This document shows, in pieces, positions 27,169 to 37,270 of a stretch of 64,000 bases of DNA; the stretch's first letter is position 1, and each line of letters starts with the position of its first letter. Under the pieces are notes generated by a model. It had not been told where the DNA came from, made no database searches, and was given only the letters and a program-made list of their open reading frames with translations. Position numbers and translations under genes: made by a program. Location of the stretch: positions 385,746 to 449,745 of the forward strand of contig JAQUSN010000001.1 in the NCBI GenBank assembly GCA_028715115.1, given 5' to 3'. The stretch comes from Patescibacteria group bacterium (GTDB lineage: Bacteria > Patescibacteriota > Patescibacteriia > UBA2591 > UBA4787).

Positions 27169-28041
27169 ATGTCATTAGGAAGGGGGCTGGGAGCTTTGAT
27201 TCCCACTTCAACCGGACAAGTTCCGCAACAAATCGTTCAGAAAATCACCCAAGAAACATTACAACAAACCGGTGAGCAGATTTTTAATATTCCTTTAAAT
27301 CAGATTGAAGCTAATCCTAATCAGCCGCGTAAAATTTTTTCTCGTCTGGAGATGGAAGAATTAGCCAATTCCATTCGCGAATATGGCATTATTCAGCCGT
27401 TAATTTTAACAAAAACCGCTTTTGATAAATATGAGATCGTGGCCGGCGAACGCAGATGGCGGGCAGCTCAAATTTTAGAACTTAAAACCGTGCCCGCTAT
27501 TGTGCGTACTATGGGAGAAATGGAAAAGTTCGAAATTTCTCTTTTGGAGAACATTCAACGCCAGGACCTAAACCCCATGGAGCGCTCCAGGGCTTATCAG
27601 CGCCTAACTGATGAGTTTGGCTTAAATCAAGAACAAATTGCTATAAAATTAGGGAAGGCCAGGGCTACCATTGCCAACACCTTACGTCTTCTAATCTTGC
27701 CGGAATCAGTTCAGCAGGCGATAGAGCAAGGCCGGATTACCGAAGGTCATGCTAAGGTTTTGTTGTCATTGGAAGACGGGCAAAAACAGGAAATGTTTTT
27801 AAAAAGAATTTTGGGTCTAGGGTTGACGGTTCGTGAAACGGAAGATTTGTTGAAGGGCCAAAAGCCGAAAAAAATATACTCGTCAGACCCAGCCTTATTA
27901 GCCAAAGAAAAATCTTTGTCGACCGCCTTAAATTTAAAAGTGAAAATTAAAAAAAATCAAAAGGGCGGCAAGGTGATCATTAAATTCTATTCCGACGAAG
28001 ACCTGGATAATTTAATTGATAAGCTTGGTCAAAATGGTTAA
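27169..28041 (+). CDS. parB: ParB/Spo0J partition protein
   Basis: GERRWRAA ParB box and an HTH. Confidence 0.9.
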   Translation: MSLGRGLGALIPTSTGQVPQQIVQKITQETLQQTGEQIFNIPLNQIEANPNQPRKIFSRLEMEELANSIREYGIIQPLILTKTAFDKYEIVAGERRWRAAQILELKTVPAIVRTMGEMEKFEISLLENIQRQDLNPMERSRAYQRLTDEFGLNQEQIAIKLGKARATIANTLRLLILPESVQQAIEQGRITEGHAKVLLSLEDGQKQEMFLKRILGLGLTVRETEDLLKGQKPKKIYSSDPALLAKEKSLSTALNLKVKIKKNQKGGKVIIKFYSDEDLDNLIDKLGQNG

Positions 28042-28726
28042 TGATAATTTTAAAACTATTATCGTCGTTCCGGCCTATAATGAAGCGATAATTTTAGAGA
28101 AAGTATTATCGGAATTAGTTAATTATTTCAATCCGCAGCAAATTGTAGTAGTCGATGACGGCTCTTCAGATGAAACTTATTTGATTGCTCAAAAATTAGG
28201 CGCGCACGCCTTGCAGCACTCGATTAATCGCGGAGCAGGAGCGGCTACAAAAACCGGCATTGTTTACGCCTTTAATTACTTACAGGCCGATGCCATAGTT
28301 ACTTTTGATGCTGATGGTCAGCATGACCATCGCGATGTGCAAAATTTAATTCAACCGATAGCGGAGAGGAGGGCTGATGTAGTTATCGGTTCTCGTTTTT
28401 TAATAAAACAAGATATACCATTATTAAGAATCGTTGCCAACTGGTTGGCCAACCTTTTTACCTTTTTATTATTCGGCCTGTGGGTTTCTGATTCGCAGAC
28501 CGGCTTTAAGGCTATTTCTCGTTTGGCCTGGGATAAAATAGAGATACATGGCGATCGCTTTGAATTTTGCTCTGAAATAGTGGCGGAAATTAAAAAAAAT
28601 AAATTAAAATACGTAGAAATCCCTGTTAAAGTTTATTATTCCAAATATTCGCAATCAAAGGGGCAAAATTTTTTTGTCGGCTTTAAAACTTTAATTAGAA
28701 TAATCGTTAATTCTTTATCAAAGTAA
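28016..28726 (+). CDS. Family 2 glycosyltransferase (DPM/DPG-synthase-like)
   Basis: IIVVPAYNE, VVVDDGSSD and DAD motifs. Confidence 0.8.
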   Translation: MISLVKMVNDNFKTIIVVPAYNEAIILEKVLSELVNYFNPQQIVVVDDGSSDETYLIAQKLGAHALQHSINRGAGAATKTGIVYAFNYLQADAIVTFDADGQHDHRDVQNLIQPIAERRADVVIGSRFLIKQDIPLLRIVANWLANLFTFLLFGLWVSDSQTGFKAISRLAWDKIEIHGDRFEFCSEIVAEIKKNKLKYVEIPVKVYYSKYSQSKGQNFFVGFKTLIRIIVNSLSK

Positions 28727-28728
28727 TT

Positions 28729-29628
28729 ATGAAGGTGGTTATCACCGGCGGCGCCGGATTTGTCGGAAAAAATTTAATCAGAGTTATGCTTAACAGCGGT
28801 TTTAGTCCGTCTGATTTATTTGTTATTGATAAAAATAAAACTAATTTAAATTTTGTTAAAAATTTGGGGGTTAAAACCATTTTGGCGGACTTGGCCGATC
28901 AAGGTGAATGGAGCAAGGGTTTTCACGGTCAAGATTTGGTGATAAGCTTACACGCCCAGATTTCCGGCCCTAATTATGAGGATTTTAAAAGAAACAACAT
29001 CGATGCTACGCAAAACGTTATTGAAGCAGCCAAATCGGCCGGTATTGATAAAATTGTTCATTTTAGTTCGGCGGCTGTATTGTCAATTCGCCAAGATTTT
29101 TACGCCACTTCCAAAAAAGCCGGCGAAGAGCTGGTGAAAAACAGCGGCTTAAAATACGTAGCTATTCAGCCGTCCCTAATGTATGGACCGCTAGATAATA
29201 AAAATATTGGTTGGTTAATCAAATTTGCCCGTTCTTGTCCCGTTTTTCCTATTCCCGGTAATGGTCGCTATCCGCGCCAGCCGATTTATATCGATGACAT
29301 GGCTCATTTAGTAATTGGATTTATAAAGAATTTTCCAATCGAAAATAAAGTTTACAGTATTAATGGTCAACAAATTATTAATTTTAAAGAAATGATCGCT
29401 ACGGTTTTGAAAGAAATGGGTGGTTGGCGAGCAGCGGTTTATATACCCTTACCTATCTTTTTATTTCTGGTGAAAATTTATGATATTTTATTTAAATCTC
29501 CGTTTACGCCCGATCAAATAAAATCTTTGACCTCTGGCGATGTTTTTCCAGATTATCCTTGGTGGCAGGAATTTAACATCAAAATGACATCATTTCGAGA
29601 TGGTGTTAAAACAATGTTGAGTAAATAA
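28729..29628 (+). CDS. NAD-dependent epimerase/dehydratase (SDR family)
   Basis: N-terminal VITGGAGFVGKNL Rossmann motif; YATSK catalytic motif. Confidence 0.8.
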   Translation: MKVVITGGAGFVGKNLIRVMLNSGFSPSDLFVIDKNKTNLNFVKNLGVKTILADLADQGEWSKGFHGQDLVISLHAQISGPNYEDFKRNNIDATQNVIEAAKSAGIDKIVHFSSAAVLSIRQDFYATSKKAGEELVKNSGLKYVAIQPSLMYGPLDNKNIGWLIKFARSCPVFPIPGNGRYPRQPIYIDDMAHLVIGFIKNFPIENKVYSINGQQIINFKEMIATVLKEMGGWRAAVYIPLPIFLFLVKIYDILFKSPFTPDQIKSLTSGDVFPDYPWWQEFNIKMTSFRDGVKTMLSK

Positions 29629-29700
29629 ACAGAGGGATTGACTTTTGGCTATTTTTTGCTATAATATTAAATATAATTAAATAAATTAAATTTTATTAAT

Positions 29701-31137
29701 ATGGGACCAGAAAAATTACAAGAAATTAAAAAACCCGATCTTTCAATTAGTCGGGGATTCAGGACTGTTGACGAAGAGGTCGCTGCCCTAAATGAATTCT
29801 TCAGCGGTAAGGCGGTTGATTTTTATGCTCGTTATGGAAATGCCGGCCTTAAAGCAAAAGAAGAAGAAATGGCCGAGCGCTTGGGAACGGATAATGTTTT
29901 GTTATATAATAGCGGAATGTCGGCTATTACTTCGGTTATTGAAAATTTAAAGCTAGCCAGTGGTGACGTTATTTTATATAGCCCTTACGTTTATGGCCAA
30001 ACAAAAACCTATATCGAAAGTTTACGTGACTTGGGTATTCGTTGTATCTCTATTGATCCCGGTAATCGCGAAGAACTCGATGAGTTAATTAAAGAGCATC
30101 GTCCACGGGCGGTTTTCGCCGAAACTATGGCTAATGATCCTGAGATGCAAGCCCTCGACACTCAGGCGCTGATTGCTACGGCCGAGGAAATGAATAATAA
30201 ATTTAAGCCCCAGACATTTGACGAGGCTTTGGCTGATCGCTTAGCTAAGACGGCCTGGATAGATGGCTGGTTAGATATGGTAGCACCCGACCATGATAAA
30301 AGAGAATCACTTTTAAAGGCTTTGGTTGGGTTCTTCAAAGAAGCACAGGAAAAAATTGCACAGAATAAATCAGTAATGGGTATCAAAGGCTTAGTCGATA
30401 ATTTAAAAAAGGCCGGAATAGGCGTTGATAAATATGACTTATCTCAATTAGTAATGATTATCCAGCGCTCCTGGGATTCTTCAAGACAAAAACCGTTAAC
30501 TTTAATTCTCGATAATACCATTCCCACCGAGAGCGTTAAGGACATGGGAGCCGAGATAAAAAAGGCGCCTAAAAACGTACCAATTATCGTTGTTGACTCT
30601 GGAACGAAATTTATGGCGCAGGATCAGGCAACCTTAGGTATTGTTTATTCTAATGATTCCAAAATAATGCAAGAATTAGAAACCTGGAGAGCCGTAGACG
30701 GGGGATATATACCTCCATCTGCCGTTGAACAAATACCTAATTTAAGTAAAGAAGAGTTTGATAAACGCAATCGCCGTATTATTGCCAATGCCAAGAGGTT
30801 GGCTGAGGCGTTTGCTTCGGTGGTTGGTCATGGTGATATAGCTGTCGTTAGCCACCCGAATCTGCCCGGTCATCGCAGTTATGATTATGTTAATCAACAT
30901 ATGCCAGATGGTTCTGTGGCGGTTTTTTATATTGAATGCGCCAAACCGGCCATTGAAGTGTGCCGTAAATTAGAGAAAATGGGCATGGTTGATAAGATAG
31001 AATACGGCGGTAGCTTTGCTTTCGAGAAAACTCGCTTTGGAATTTTTAATCCCGACGGCACTAGTTTAAGAATTGCAGCTGGTGATGAATCGCCGGATAA
31101 AATAGAAGAAATTTGCAAAATCATCGAATCGTTATAA
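29701..31137 (+). CDS. PLP-dependent enzyme of the Cys/Met-metabolism (cystathionine gamma-synthase / methionine gamma-lyase) fold with a roughly 110-aa insertion
   Basis: LYNSGMSAITSV, ILDNTIPT, and DSGTKF (putative PLP-lysine). Confidence 0.65.
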   Translation: MGPEKLQEIKKPDLSISRGFRTVDEEVAALNEFFSGKAVDFYARYGNAGLKAKEEEMAERLGTDNVLLYNSGMSAITSVIENLKLASGDVILYSPYVYGQTKTYIESLRDLGIRCISIDPGNREELDELIKEHRPRAVFAETMANDPEMQALDTQALIATAEEMNNKFKPQTFDEALADRLAKTAWIDGWLDMVAPDHDKRESLLKALVGFFKEAQEKIAQNKSVMGIKGLVDNLKKAGIGVDKYDLSQLVMIIQRSWDSSRQKPLTLILDNTIPTESVKDMGAEIKKAPKNVPIIVVDSGTKFMAQDQATLGIVYSNDSKIMQELETWRAVDGGYIPPSAVEQIPNLSKEEFDKRNRRIIANAKRLAEAFASVVGHGDIAVVSHPNLPGHRSYDYVNQHMPDGSVAVFYIECAKPAIEVCRKLEKMGMVDKIEYGGSFAFEKTRFGIFNPDGTSLRIAAGDESPDKIEEICKIIESL

Positions 31138-31160
31138 TAATCATCATATGAATTTAATAT

Positions 31161-31196
31161 AAAGCAGGTGAATTTTGCACCTGCTTTATATATTTT
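31161..31196 (+). terminator. Rho-independent terminator separating the PLP-enzyme gene from the methyltransferase array
   Basis: AAAGCAGGTG-AATTTTG-CACCTGCTTT plus a T-rich tail. Confidence 0.55.
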
Positions 31197-31215
31197 AAAA
31201 AATAAATTTGATTTT

Positions 31216-32130
31216 ATGTCGAAGAAAACATTTATCACGCAAAAACAATATTGGACTAAAGTGGCAGCTGATTGGCAATTAAAGGGTGATCCATCTAGAC
31301 CGAGCCGTGATACGGTAAGGTTATATAACAAATTTATGGCAGAGGCCCTGGGAACGTCGCTAGGGAAAAAAGTGGTGGTAATGGGAGCAACGCCTGAAAT
31401 TAGGGATATGCTTTATAAATATTATTTTTTAAATAGAATTAAAGTGGTTTGTGCAGAGTGGCTCCCAGAAATGTATTATGGTATGACCGAACTTGTTAAT
31501 CATAAAATTCCCGGGGAAAAATTCGTTAAAACAAATTGGCTTAAAATGGGATTTCCCAATAAAAGTATTGATGTATTTATTGCCGATTTGATTTTTGGCA
31601 ATATTATTGACTTACCGAGTAAGGATTTATTGTTAAGTAAAATGAATCAAAAACTTAAAAAGGGCGGTTATTTCATCCTTCGCCATTGTTATGTCGTTCC
31701 AAAAAACAAAGTAGTTAATGTCAAAAAACATCTTTTTAATATATCAAAAGACGTTTTGACAGAAAAAAGAACCATAAAACAGGTGGCAACTAGCTTTTGG
31801 ACCGACCTAGTAATCGGTTCATGGTTTGAAAATAAAGAGAATAAGCTTTCTCTTTATTATTATAAAAAAGATATTCAAGATCTAAAAAAATATTTTTCTC
31901 GCAAAGGGTTATCCTATCAAGCCAGAGCGGCAAAATTAGTCTTCGATTATTTTCTGTTTTTGGCAAAAGATCATATTGCTAGAAAATTTTGGGTTCATTA
32001 TCCCAGGCCAATAGAAGAAAAATTAATTAAAAAATATTTTGTCATAAAAAAAACATCATTTCCCCAAGATTATGAGGCTAAAATAAGCGAACCGATTTAT
32101 TTATTACAAAAAAGAGAATTAAAAAAATAG
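31216..32130 (+). CDS. Tandem-array paralog P1: class-I SAM-methyltransferase-fold protein with non-canonical motif I
   Basis: W..W...RPSRDT...VVVMGATPEIRDM ... FIADLIFGN ... LKKGGYFILR ... C-terminal PIYLLQKR; start taken at MSKKTF. Confidence 0.75.
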   Translation: MSKKTFITQKQYWTKVAADWQLKGDPSRPSRDTVRLYNKFMAEALGTSLGKKVVVMGATPEIRDMLYKYYFLNRIKVVCAEWLPEMYYGMTELVNHKIPGEKFVKTNWLKMGFPNKSIDVFIADLIFGNIIDLPSKDLLLSKMNQKLKKGGYFILRHCYVVPKNKVVNVKKHLFNISKDVLTEKRTIKQVATSFWTDLVIGSWFENKENKLSLYYYKKDIQDLKKYFSRKGLSYQARAAKLVFDYFLFLAKDHIARKFWVHYPRPIEEKLIKKYFVIKKTSFPQDYEAKISEPIYLLQKRELKK

Positions 32131-32134
32131 GTAT

Positions 32135-33031
32135 ATGTCGAAAAAGCAATATAATCCTATTTGGGAAAGGCAGCGAGCCGATTGGTGGGCTTATTTTTGG
32201 GGCGGTGCGAAAGCTCCCTGGCGGCCGACCAAAAAAGAGGTTTTATTTTTTAAGAATTTTATAAAAAGATTATTAAAGGAAAGAGAGCGTCTTGAAATTT
32301 TAATTTTAGGCTCGACCCCAGAGTTTAGGGATATGCTTTTTGGGATGCGTGGGGTAAAGGTAACCCTGATTGATTTAAATTTAACTGCCAAAAAGGGTAT
32401 GGATAAATTATGCCGGGCTAGCAATAAAAGAGAGAAGTTGGTAATGGGCGATTGGCTCAAAATGAATCATTTATTTCCGTTTCATTATTTCGATGTCATC
32501 GTAAACGATGAGGGGTTTGAAAATATTGACGTTAAAAAACATACCTTATTATTTAAAAATATTCATGATATTTTAAAAAGAGATGGATATTTTCTTTCCG
32601 GCCGAGCTTGTCTAGAGCCGCTTCGTAAAACACGCATAACCTTTAAACAATTTTTTGCTAAATATAAAAAAGATCCGCATTTTTTCCATAATTTTTATAA
32701 CCGTCTGTGGTACTTATATCGACTTATTTTTTCTCCTGAAATACGAGTTTATGATTACAAAAAACAAGGCGGAAAACTGGGTCGTTTAGCCACAGAAGTG
32801 GTTAAAAAAGCCGCTCAGGAAAAAATTTATGATATTAAATATTTAAATTGGGATCATCGGATAGATTATCGCGACCCCTCTATTCGGAATTATATGGAAG
32901 TTGATATTTGCAGTTGGAAGAGATTAAAAAAAATGATTACCAAATATTTCATAATTCAAGAAACTTATCAAGATTTATTTCATCCGGTTATGAAGCAAAA
33001 GTATAATTTTATTTTGAGCCCCAAAAATTAA
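32135..33031 (+). CDS. Paralog P2 of the MTase-fold family
   Basis: APWRPTKKE...ILILGSTPEFRDM...IDLNLTA...GDWLKM...FDVIVNDEG...LKRDGYFLSG. Confidence 0.75.
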   Translation: MSKKQYNPIWERQRADWWAYFWGGAKAPWRPTKKEVLFFKNFIKRLLKERERLEILILGSTPEFRDMLFGMRGVKVTLIDLNLTAKKGMDKLCRASNKREKLVMGDWLKMNHLFPFHYFDVIVNDEGFENIDVKKHTLLFKNIHDILKRDGYFLSGRACLEPLRKTRITFKQFFAKYKKDPHFFHNFYNRLWYLYRLIFSPEIRVYDYKKQGGKLGRLATEVVKKAAQEKIYDIKYLNWDHRIDYRDPSIRNYMEVDICSWKRLKKMITKYFIIQETYQDLFHPVMKQKYNFILSPKN

Positions 33032-33036
33032 TCTTT

Positions 33037-33909
33037 ATGAAGAAAAGGATTATTAAACCAGAGCCAAAAGGATGGCAAAAAATTCAGCAAGCTTGGCAAA
33101 AAATGACCTCTCCCTCCAGGCCATCATTAGGCGATATGAAGATTTATAATGATTTCATGGCCGCGGTTCTTAATAAATGCGCCCATGGTAGGGTTTTGAT
33201 ATTAGGCGCTACTCCGGAATTGAGGAATTTGGTTATGAAACGAGCCTTATCTCGGAGAATAGACCTTTATTTATTAGATTTAAATCAGGACATGATCCGC
33301 GCGATGGACCAATTTATAGAGATAAAAAATGTAGTCCAGAAAAAAATAATAGGGGGTTGGCTAAGCATGCCGTTTAAAAATGAATATTTTGACGTGGTGT
33401 TGGGCGATGAGGTTCTAATTAACGTTGACCAAGAAGATAGAGAAAAATTATTATTAGAAATATCTCGCGTTTTAAAGAAGCGAGGAGCCTTTATTACTAG
33501 GGCTTCTCACGTAAATCCGCAAGCCCGAACATTTACGGTCCGTAAATCGTTTGACAAATATACTAATCTTTATTTACAAAACAAATTAACCTTTAATCAG
33601 GTTTTGAATTACCTATTTGAAGAAATGTTTGAGCTAAGTTATTTTAAAAATAAAAAAAAGTTTTTGTTAATTAAAACATTATTGCCAGAATGCCTGAAAG
33701 AGGCGAGATCGTCCAAACCATTGAAAAAATTTATTATTAATTCGTTCATCCGAGAATATAAGGCCTTATTTAATCAATGCTGGTCGTGGGAGTTAAAATC
33801 AGCGCAAATCAAAAGATTTAAAAAGTATTTTTTGATTAAAAAAATTAAATCGGCAAATGATTATTGGTATGCCCATATTTTGCCGATTTATTTATTAATT
33901 AAAAATTAA
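33037..33909 (+). CDS. Paralog P3
   Basis: SPSRPSLGD...VLILGATPELRNL...LDLNQDM...GGWLSMPF...FDVVLGDEV...LKKRGAFITR...PIYLLIKN. Confidence 0.75.
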   Translation: MKKRIIKPEPKGWQKIQQAWQKMTSPSRPSLGDMKIYNDFMAAVLNKCAHGRVLILGATPELRNLVMKRALSRRIDLYLLDLNQDMIRAMDQFIEIKNVVQKKIIGGWLSMPFKNEYFDVVLGDEVLINVDQEDREKLLLEISRVLKKRGAFITRASHVNPQARTFTVRKSFDKYTNLYLQNKLTFNQVLNYLFEEMFELSYFKNKKKFLLIKTLLPECLKEARSSKPLKKFIINSFIREYKALFNQCWSWELKSAQIKRFKKYFLIKKIKSANDYWYAHILPIYLLIKN

Positions 33910-33913
33910 CTTT

Positions 33914-34759
33914 ATGGAAAATAAAAGAATAGAAATGAAAAGCAGCTGGAAGACAATGGCCCATTTATGGGCTAGCTATGCGCCGCCGGCTAAACCTTCG
34001 CCAATAGAGATTAATTTTTTCGAACAATATCTTAAAAAGATGCTTAAAAAAAACAAAAGCCTTAAGGCGCTGGTCTTAGGCTCTACGCCGGAATTTCGCG
34101 ATTTGTTAGCTAAATACAAAGTAGACACGACTGTAGTCGACAATAATCCGATTTATATTAAGGCCATGGCGCAATTGACAAAACGACACAATCCCAAAGA
34201 AAGGACCATTATTTCTGATTGGTTGACGATGTCATTTAAGCCCAATACCTTTGATCTTGTTTTAAGTGATTCAGCCCAAGATAACATTAAATTCAGCGAA
34301 TTTTTTAAATTATTAAATTTATTGTATAAAATTTTAAAACCAACTGGTTGTTGGTTTTTTGGGGCGATTTGCGGTCGCAAAGACGCTCAGATAAGTTTTA
34401 CTAAATACGTCGATCTTTATCGGGAAACCCCCGGTCATTTTAGAGATTTTAGAAATAAAACTTATCGTTATTTTCAGCTTTGTTTTAATCGAGAATTTTA
34501 TAATACTAAAACTAAGAAATTCAATTTTAAGATTGTTGACACAAAGGTGACAAACTTAGTGGCCAAGAAAAAATTGTCTCCGTCAGCTTTAAAATATTTG
34601 TGTTTTAATTTGGGGGATTACCGACAGACAACGCTGACGCAAAATGTGTTTGAAAAGATATTGACTAAGAATTTTAAAATTTTAGCGACCAAGAGAGATA
34701 ATAGTCATATTGTAATGAAAAATAAATGGGCGGCAATTTTAGGGTCTAAGAAATCATAA
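33914..34759 (+). CDS. Paralog P4
   Basis: PPAKPSPIE...ALVLGSTPEFRDL...VVDNNP...SDWLTMSF...FDLVLSD...LKPTGCWFFG. Confidence 0.75.
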   Translation: MENKRIEMKSSWKTMAHLWASYAPPAKPSPIEINFFEQYLKKMLKKNKSLKALVLGSTPEFRDLLAKYKVDTTVVDNNPIYIKAMAQLTKRHNPKERTIISDWLTMSFKPNTFDLVLSDSAQDNIKFSEFFKLLNLLYKILKPTGCWFFGAICGRKDAQISFTKYVDLYRETPGHFRDFRNKTYRYFQLCFNREFYNTKTKKFNFKIVDTKVTNLVAKKKLSPSALKYLCFNLGDYRQTTLTQNVFEKILTKNFKILATKRDNSHIVMKNKWAAILGSKKS

Positions 34760-34763
34760 TTAT

Positions 34764-35588
34764 ATGGCAAAAATAAAAGAATTACCTTGGAACGAGCAAT
34801 TTGCGATTGCTTGGGCAAAAATGGCACCACCTGCTCGTCCCAGTCAAACCGAACAGAGATTTTACGAAAAGATAATCAAACAAGTCATAAAGGATAATAA
34901 AAATCCCAGAATTTTGATTTTAGGTTCAACTCCAGAATTCAGAGATATTCTACTTAGAAATAAAGTTAAACCAATCTGCTGCGATATTAATCGGGACGTT
35001 TTTAAATCGCTGACTAGAATTATGCGTCGGCGAGGCGTTGAAACCTTTATCTTGTCCGATTGGATTAAGCTTAAAACAAAAGCTAGGTTTGATTTAGTTT
35101 TGGGCCATCAGGTTATTAATATGCTTTCGCCGGTTAAGCAGGCTGTCTTTTTCAAACAGATTTATCGGCACCTTAAACCAGGCGGACTATTCATTACTTC
35201 TGTGGTAATTAGAGCGAACGACCGAGCTATTTCTCTATTAAGTGGCTTTAAGCGTTATCGTAAGTTTAAAACAATTAATATTCGTGACGCTTTTTCGACT
35301 ATTCATCCCGACCTGCTTCTGGCGATTAGCGGGCATACTGGCACTTATTCGCCCACGCAATGCTTGAAAATTGTAGATCAACTTTATCGAGGGAGCGAAA
35401 TTAGTAAAAAAGAGCGGGATATCTATTTTAAAATTATGCCGTCAAATGATTTGAAGGTTTATATACCAAATCAAAAATCTATTGAGGCATTAATAAAAAA
35501 ATATCTTAAAATTTTGCTGATTTACCACTATCCGACTAAATATTATAATTCAAAACATTGGCCGGTCTATTTATTAAGAAAAAGATAA
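34764..35588 (+). CDS. Paralog P5
   Basis: PPARPSQTE...ILILGSTPEFRDI...CDINRDV...SDWIKL...FDLVLGH...LKPGGLFITS...PVYLLRKR. Confidence 0.75.
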   Translation: MAKIKELPWNEQFAIAWAKMAPPARPSQTEQRFYEKIIKQVIKDNKNPRILILGSTPEFRDILLRNKVKPICCDINRDVFKSLTRIMRRRGVETFILSDWIKLKTKARFDLVLGHQVINMLSPVKQAVFFKQIYRHLKPGGLFITSVVIRANDRAISLLSGFKRYRKFKTINIRDAFSTIHPDLLLAISGHTGTYSPTQCLKIVDQLYRGSEISKKERDIYFKIMPSNDLKVYIPNQKSIEALIKKYLKILLIYHYPTKYYNSKHWPVYLLRKR

Positions 35589-35591
35589 TTT

Positions 35592-36434
35592 ATGAGAATT
35601 TTAACTCACTTACAAGGGTTTTTAAGGCTACAATGGGCAAAACAACGTCCGCCGCTTATTCCTTCTGTTGATGAATGTAAAATTATTAAAAATTTCATCA
35701 AAAAGGAAGTATATAATTCCAATAAAATATTAAAGATTCTTATCTTGGGTTCAACTCCGCGATTTAGAGATTTAGCCCACTCTTTTAAGAGCGAAGTAAC
35801 TTGCGCTGATATGAATATAGACATGTTGCCAGCCATGGCTGCCTTAATGACCAATCCCCGGGCGGCCGAGAAAGAGGTTTGGGTTCGTGCCAATTGGCTA
35901 CAAATGCCGCTTCGGAATAACTATTATGATATAGTCTTGGGCGATTGGGTTATTAGTAATTTACCATTAAAATTGCAATCAGTATTTTTTAAGAAAATTT
36001 CTTTGCTTATAAGGTCGGGCGGCCATTTTATCACTCGAGCATCATTATATTCGGGCGATTTAGTGCCATTCGAAAAAGCTTTGAAATTATGGTTATCTGG
36101 CAAATGGGACAATTCGCATTTAATGATGTCAGCAGCTCATCTGGACTTTAATCCACACACCTATCAGTCGCACAGTGCAAGGTTTAGAGTTAAGGGAGCT
36201 CAGGCGATTAGTAAGTTAATGTGGCAGGAAAAGAATAAACAAAATAAATCCAAATTAAAGCAAGCTATTAAAGTCCTGAAAGAATGGTTGCCAACTGGAA
36301 TGACCTGGATTTATACTCCTAAAAATGTTTTAGAATTAATAATTGAAAAATATTTTCAAATTAAAAAAATTGATTATGCCCGAGATCATTATTTAGCCCA
36401 AGCTTGCCCGATCTATTTTTTAAGAAAAAGATAA
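35592..36434 (+). CDS. Paralog P6
   Basis: PPLIPSVDE...ILILGSTPRFRDL...CADMNID...ANWLQMPL...YDIVLGDWV...IRSGGHFITR...CPIYFLRKR; roughly 60% identical to P9 over its core. Confidence 0.75.
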   Translation: MRILTHLQGFLRLQWAKQRPPLIPSVDECKIIKNFIKKEVYNSNKILKILILGSTPRFRDLAHSFKSEVTCADMNIDMLPAMAALMTNPRAAEKEVWVRANWLQMPLRNNYYDIVLGDWVISNLPLKLQSVFFKKISLLIRSGGHFITRASLYSGDLVPFEKALKLWLSGKWDNSHLMMSAAHLDFNPHTYQSHSARFRVKGAQAISKLMWQEKNKQNKSKLKQAIKVLKEWLPTGMTWIYTPKNVLELIIEKYFQIKKIDYARDHYLAQACPIYFLRKR

Positions 36435-36444
36435 TTAAAATACT

Positions 36445-37269
36445 ATGGCAAAAACCAAAAAGGTGATTAACAAAAAACCATTTCAAGCCTTTGCGGCGCG
36501 TTGGGCGAAAACTTTGCCGCCGGCTCGGCCAGCCAAGGAAGATATAATGGCTTATCGGAAATTATTTAATCAATATAAGAGTAAAACCGGCAAAACCAAA
36601 TTATTAATTTTGGGAGCCACTCCAGAATTACGAGATTTAGCGGCCAGTCTTAAATTTGACGTAACTGTTGCTGATTTTAACATTGAAATGATTAAGGCTT
36701 TAACGCCATTGCGTAAAACGAAAAGCAAAGAAAAATTTGTTATTAGTTGGTGGCAGAAGATTCCAGTTAAAGATCATTATGATATTATTACGGGCGATGT
36801 AGCGGTAAACATGCTCGATAAAAAAGATATCCCCGTGCTATTAAAAAGAATCAAGGATCTGTTGGTGCCTGGCGGATATTTTATTCATCGCGATGCAGTT
36901 TATAATCCCGAGAAGAAATTAAAGGCTAGATGGATTATCAATGCTTGGCGAAATAAAAAGATAGACATCGGAGACTTTCGTTGGTTAATTGAAATGCATT
37001 CAGAATTTAAGTCTTATGATGTTAAAACCGGCGTGGATAGCAAAACGGTGCTTTATAATAATATTCATAAGATGTGCGAACAAGGGTTATTAACCAAAAA
37101 AGAGCTAGATAAATTCGGCGTGTTTAATGATAATGTTAGAATTACGATTTTAACCAAATCAGGTTGGCATAAATTATATTCCAAATTTTTTAGGCCAATT
37201 AAATGCGCCTGCCCTGGAGGTCATATGTTTTGCGCTGATTTGCCAATTTGCGTTTATAAAAATAAATAA
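36445..37269 (+). CDS. Paralog P7
   Basis: PPARPAKED...LLILGATPELRDL...VADFNIE...SWWQKIPV...YDIITGD...LVPGGYFIHR. Confidence 0.75.
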   Translation: MAKTKKVINKKPFQAFAARWAKTLPPARPAKEDIMAYRKLFNQYKSKTGKTKLLILGATPELRDLAASLKFDVTVADFNIEMIKALTPLRKTKSKEKFVISWWQKIPVKDHYDIITGDVAVNMLDKKDIPVLLKRIKDLLVPGGYFIHRDAVYNPEKKLKARWIINAWRNKKIDIGDFRWLIEMHSEFKSYDVKTGVDSKTVLYNNIHKMCEQGLLTKKELDKFGVFNDNVRITILTKSGWHKLYSKFFRPIKCACPGGHMFCADLPICVYKNK

Positions 37270-37270
37270 T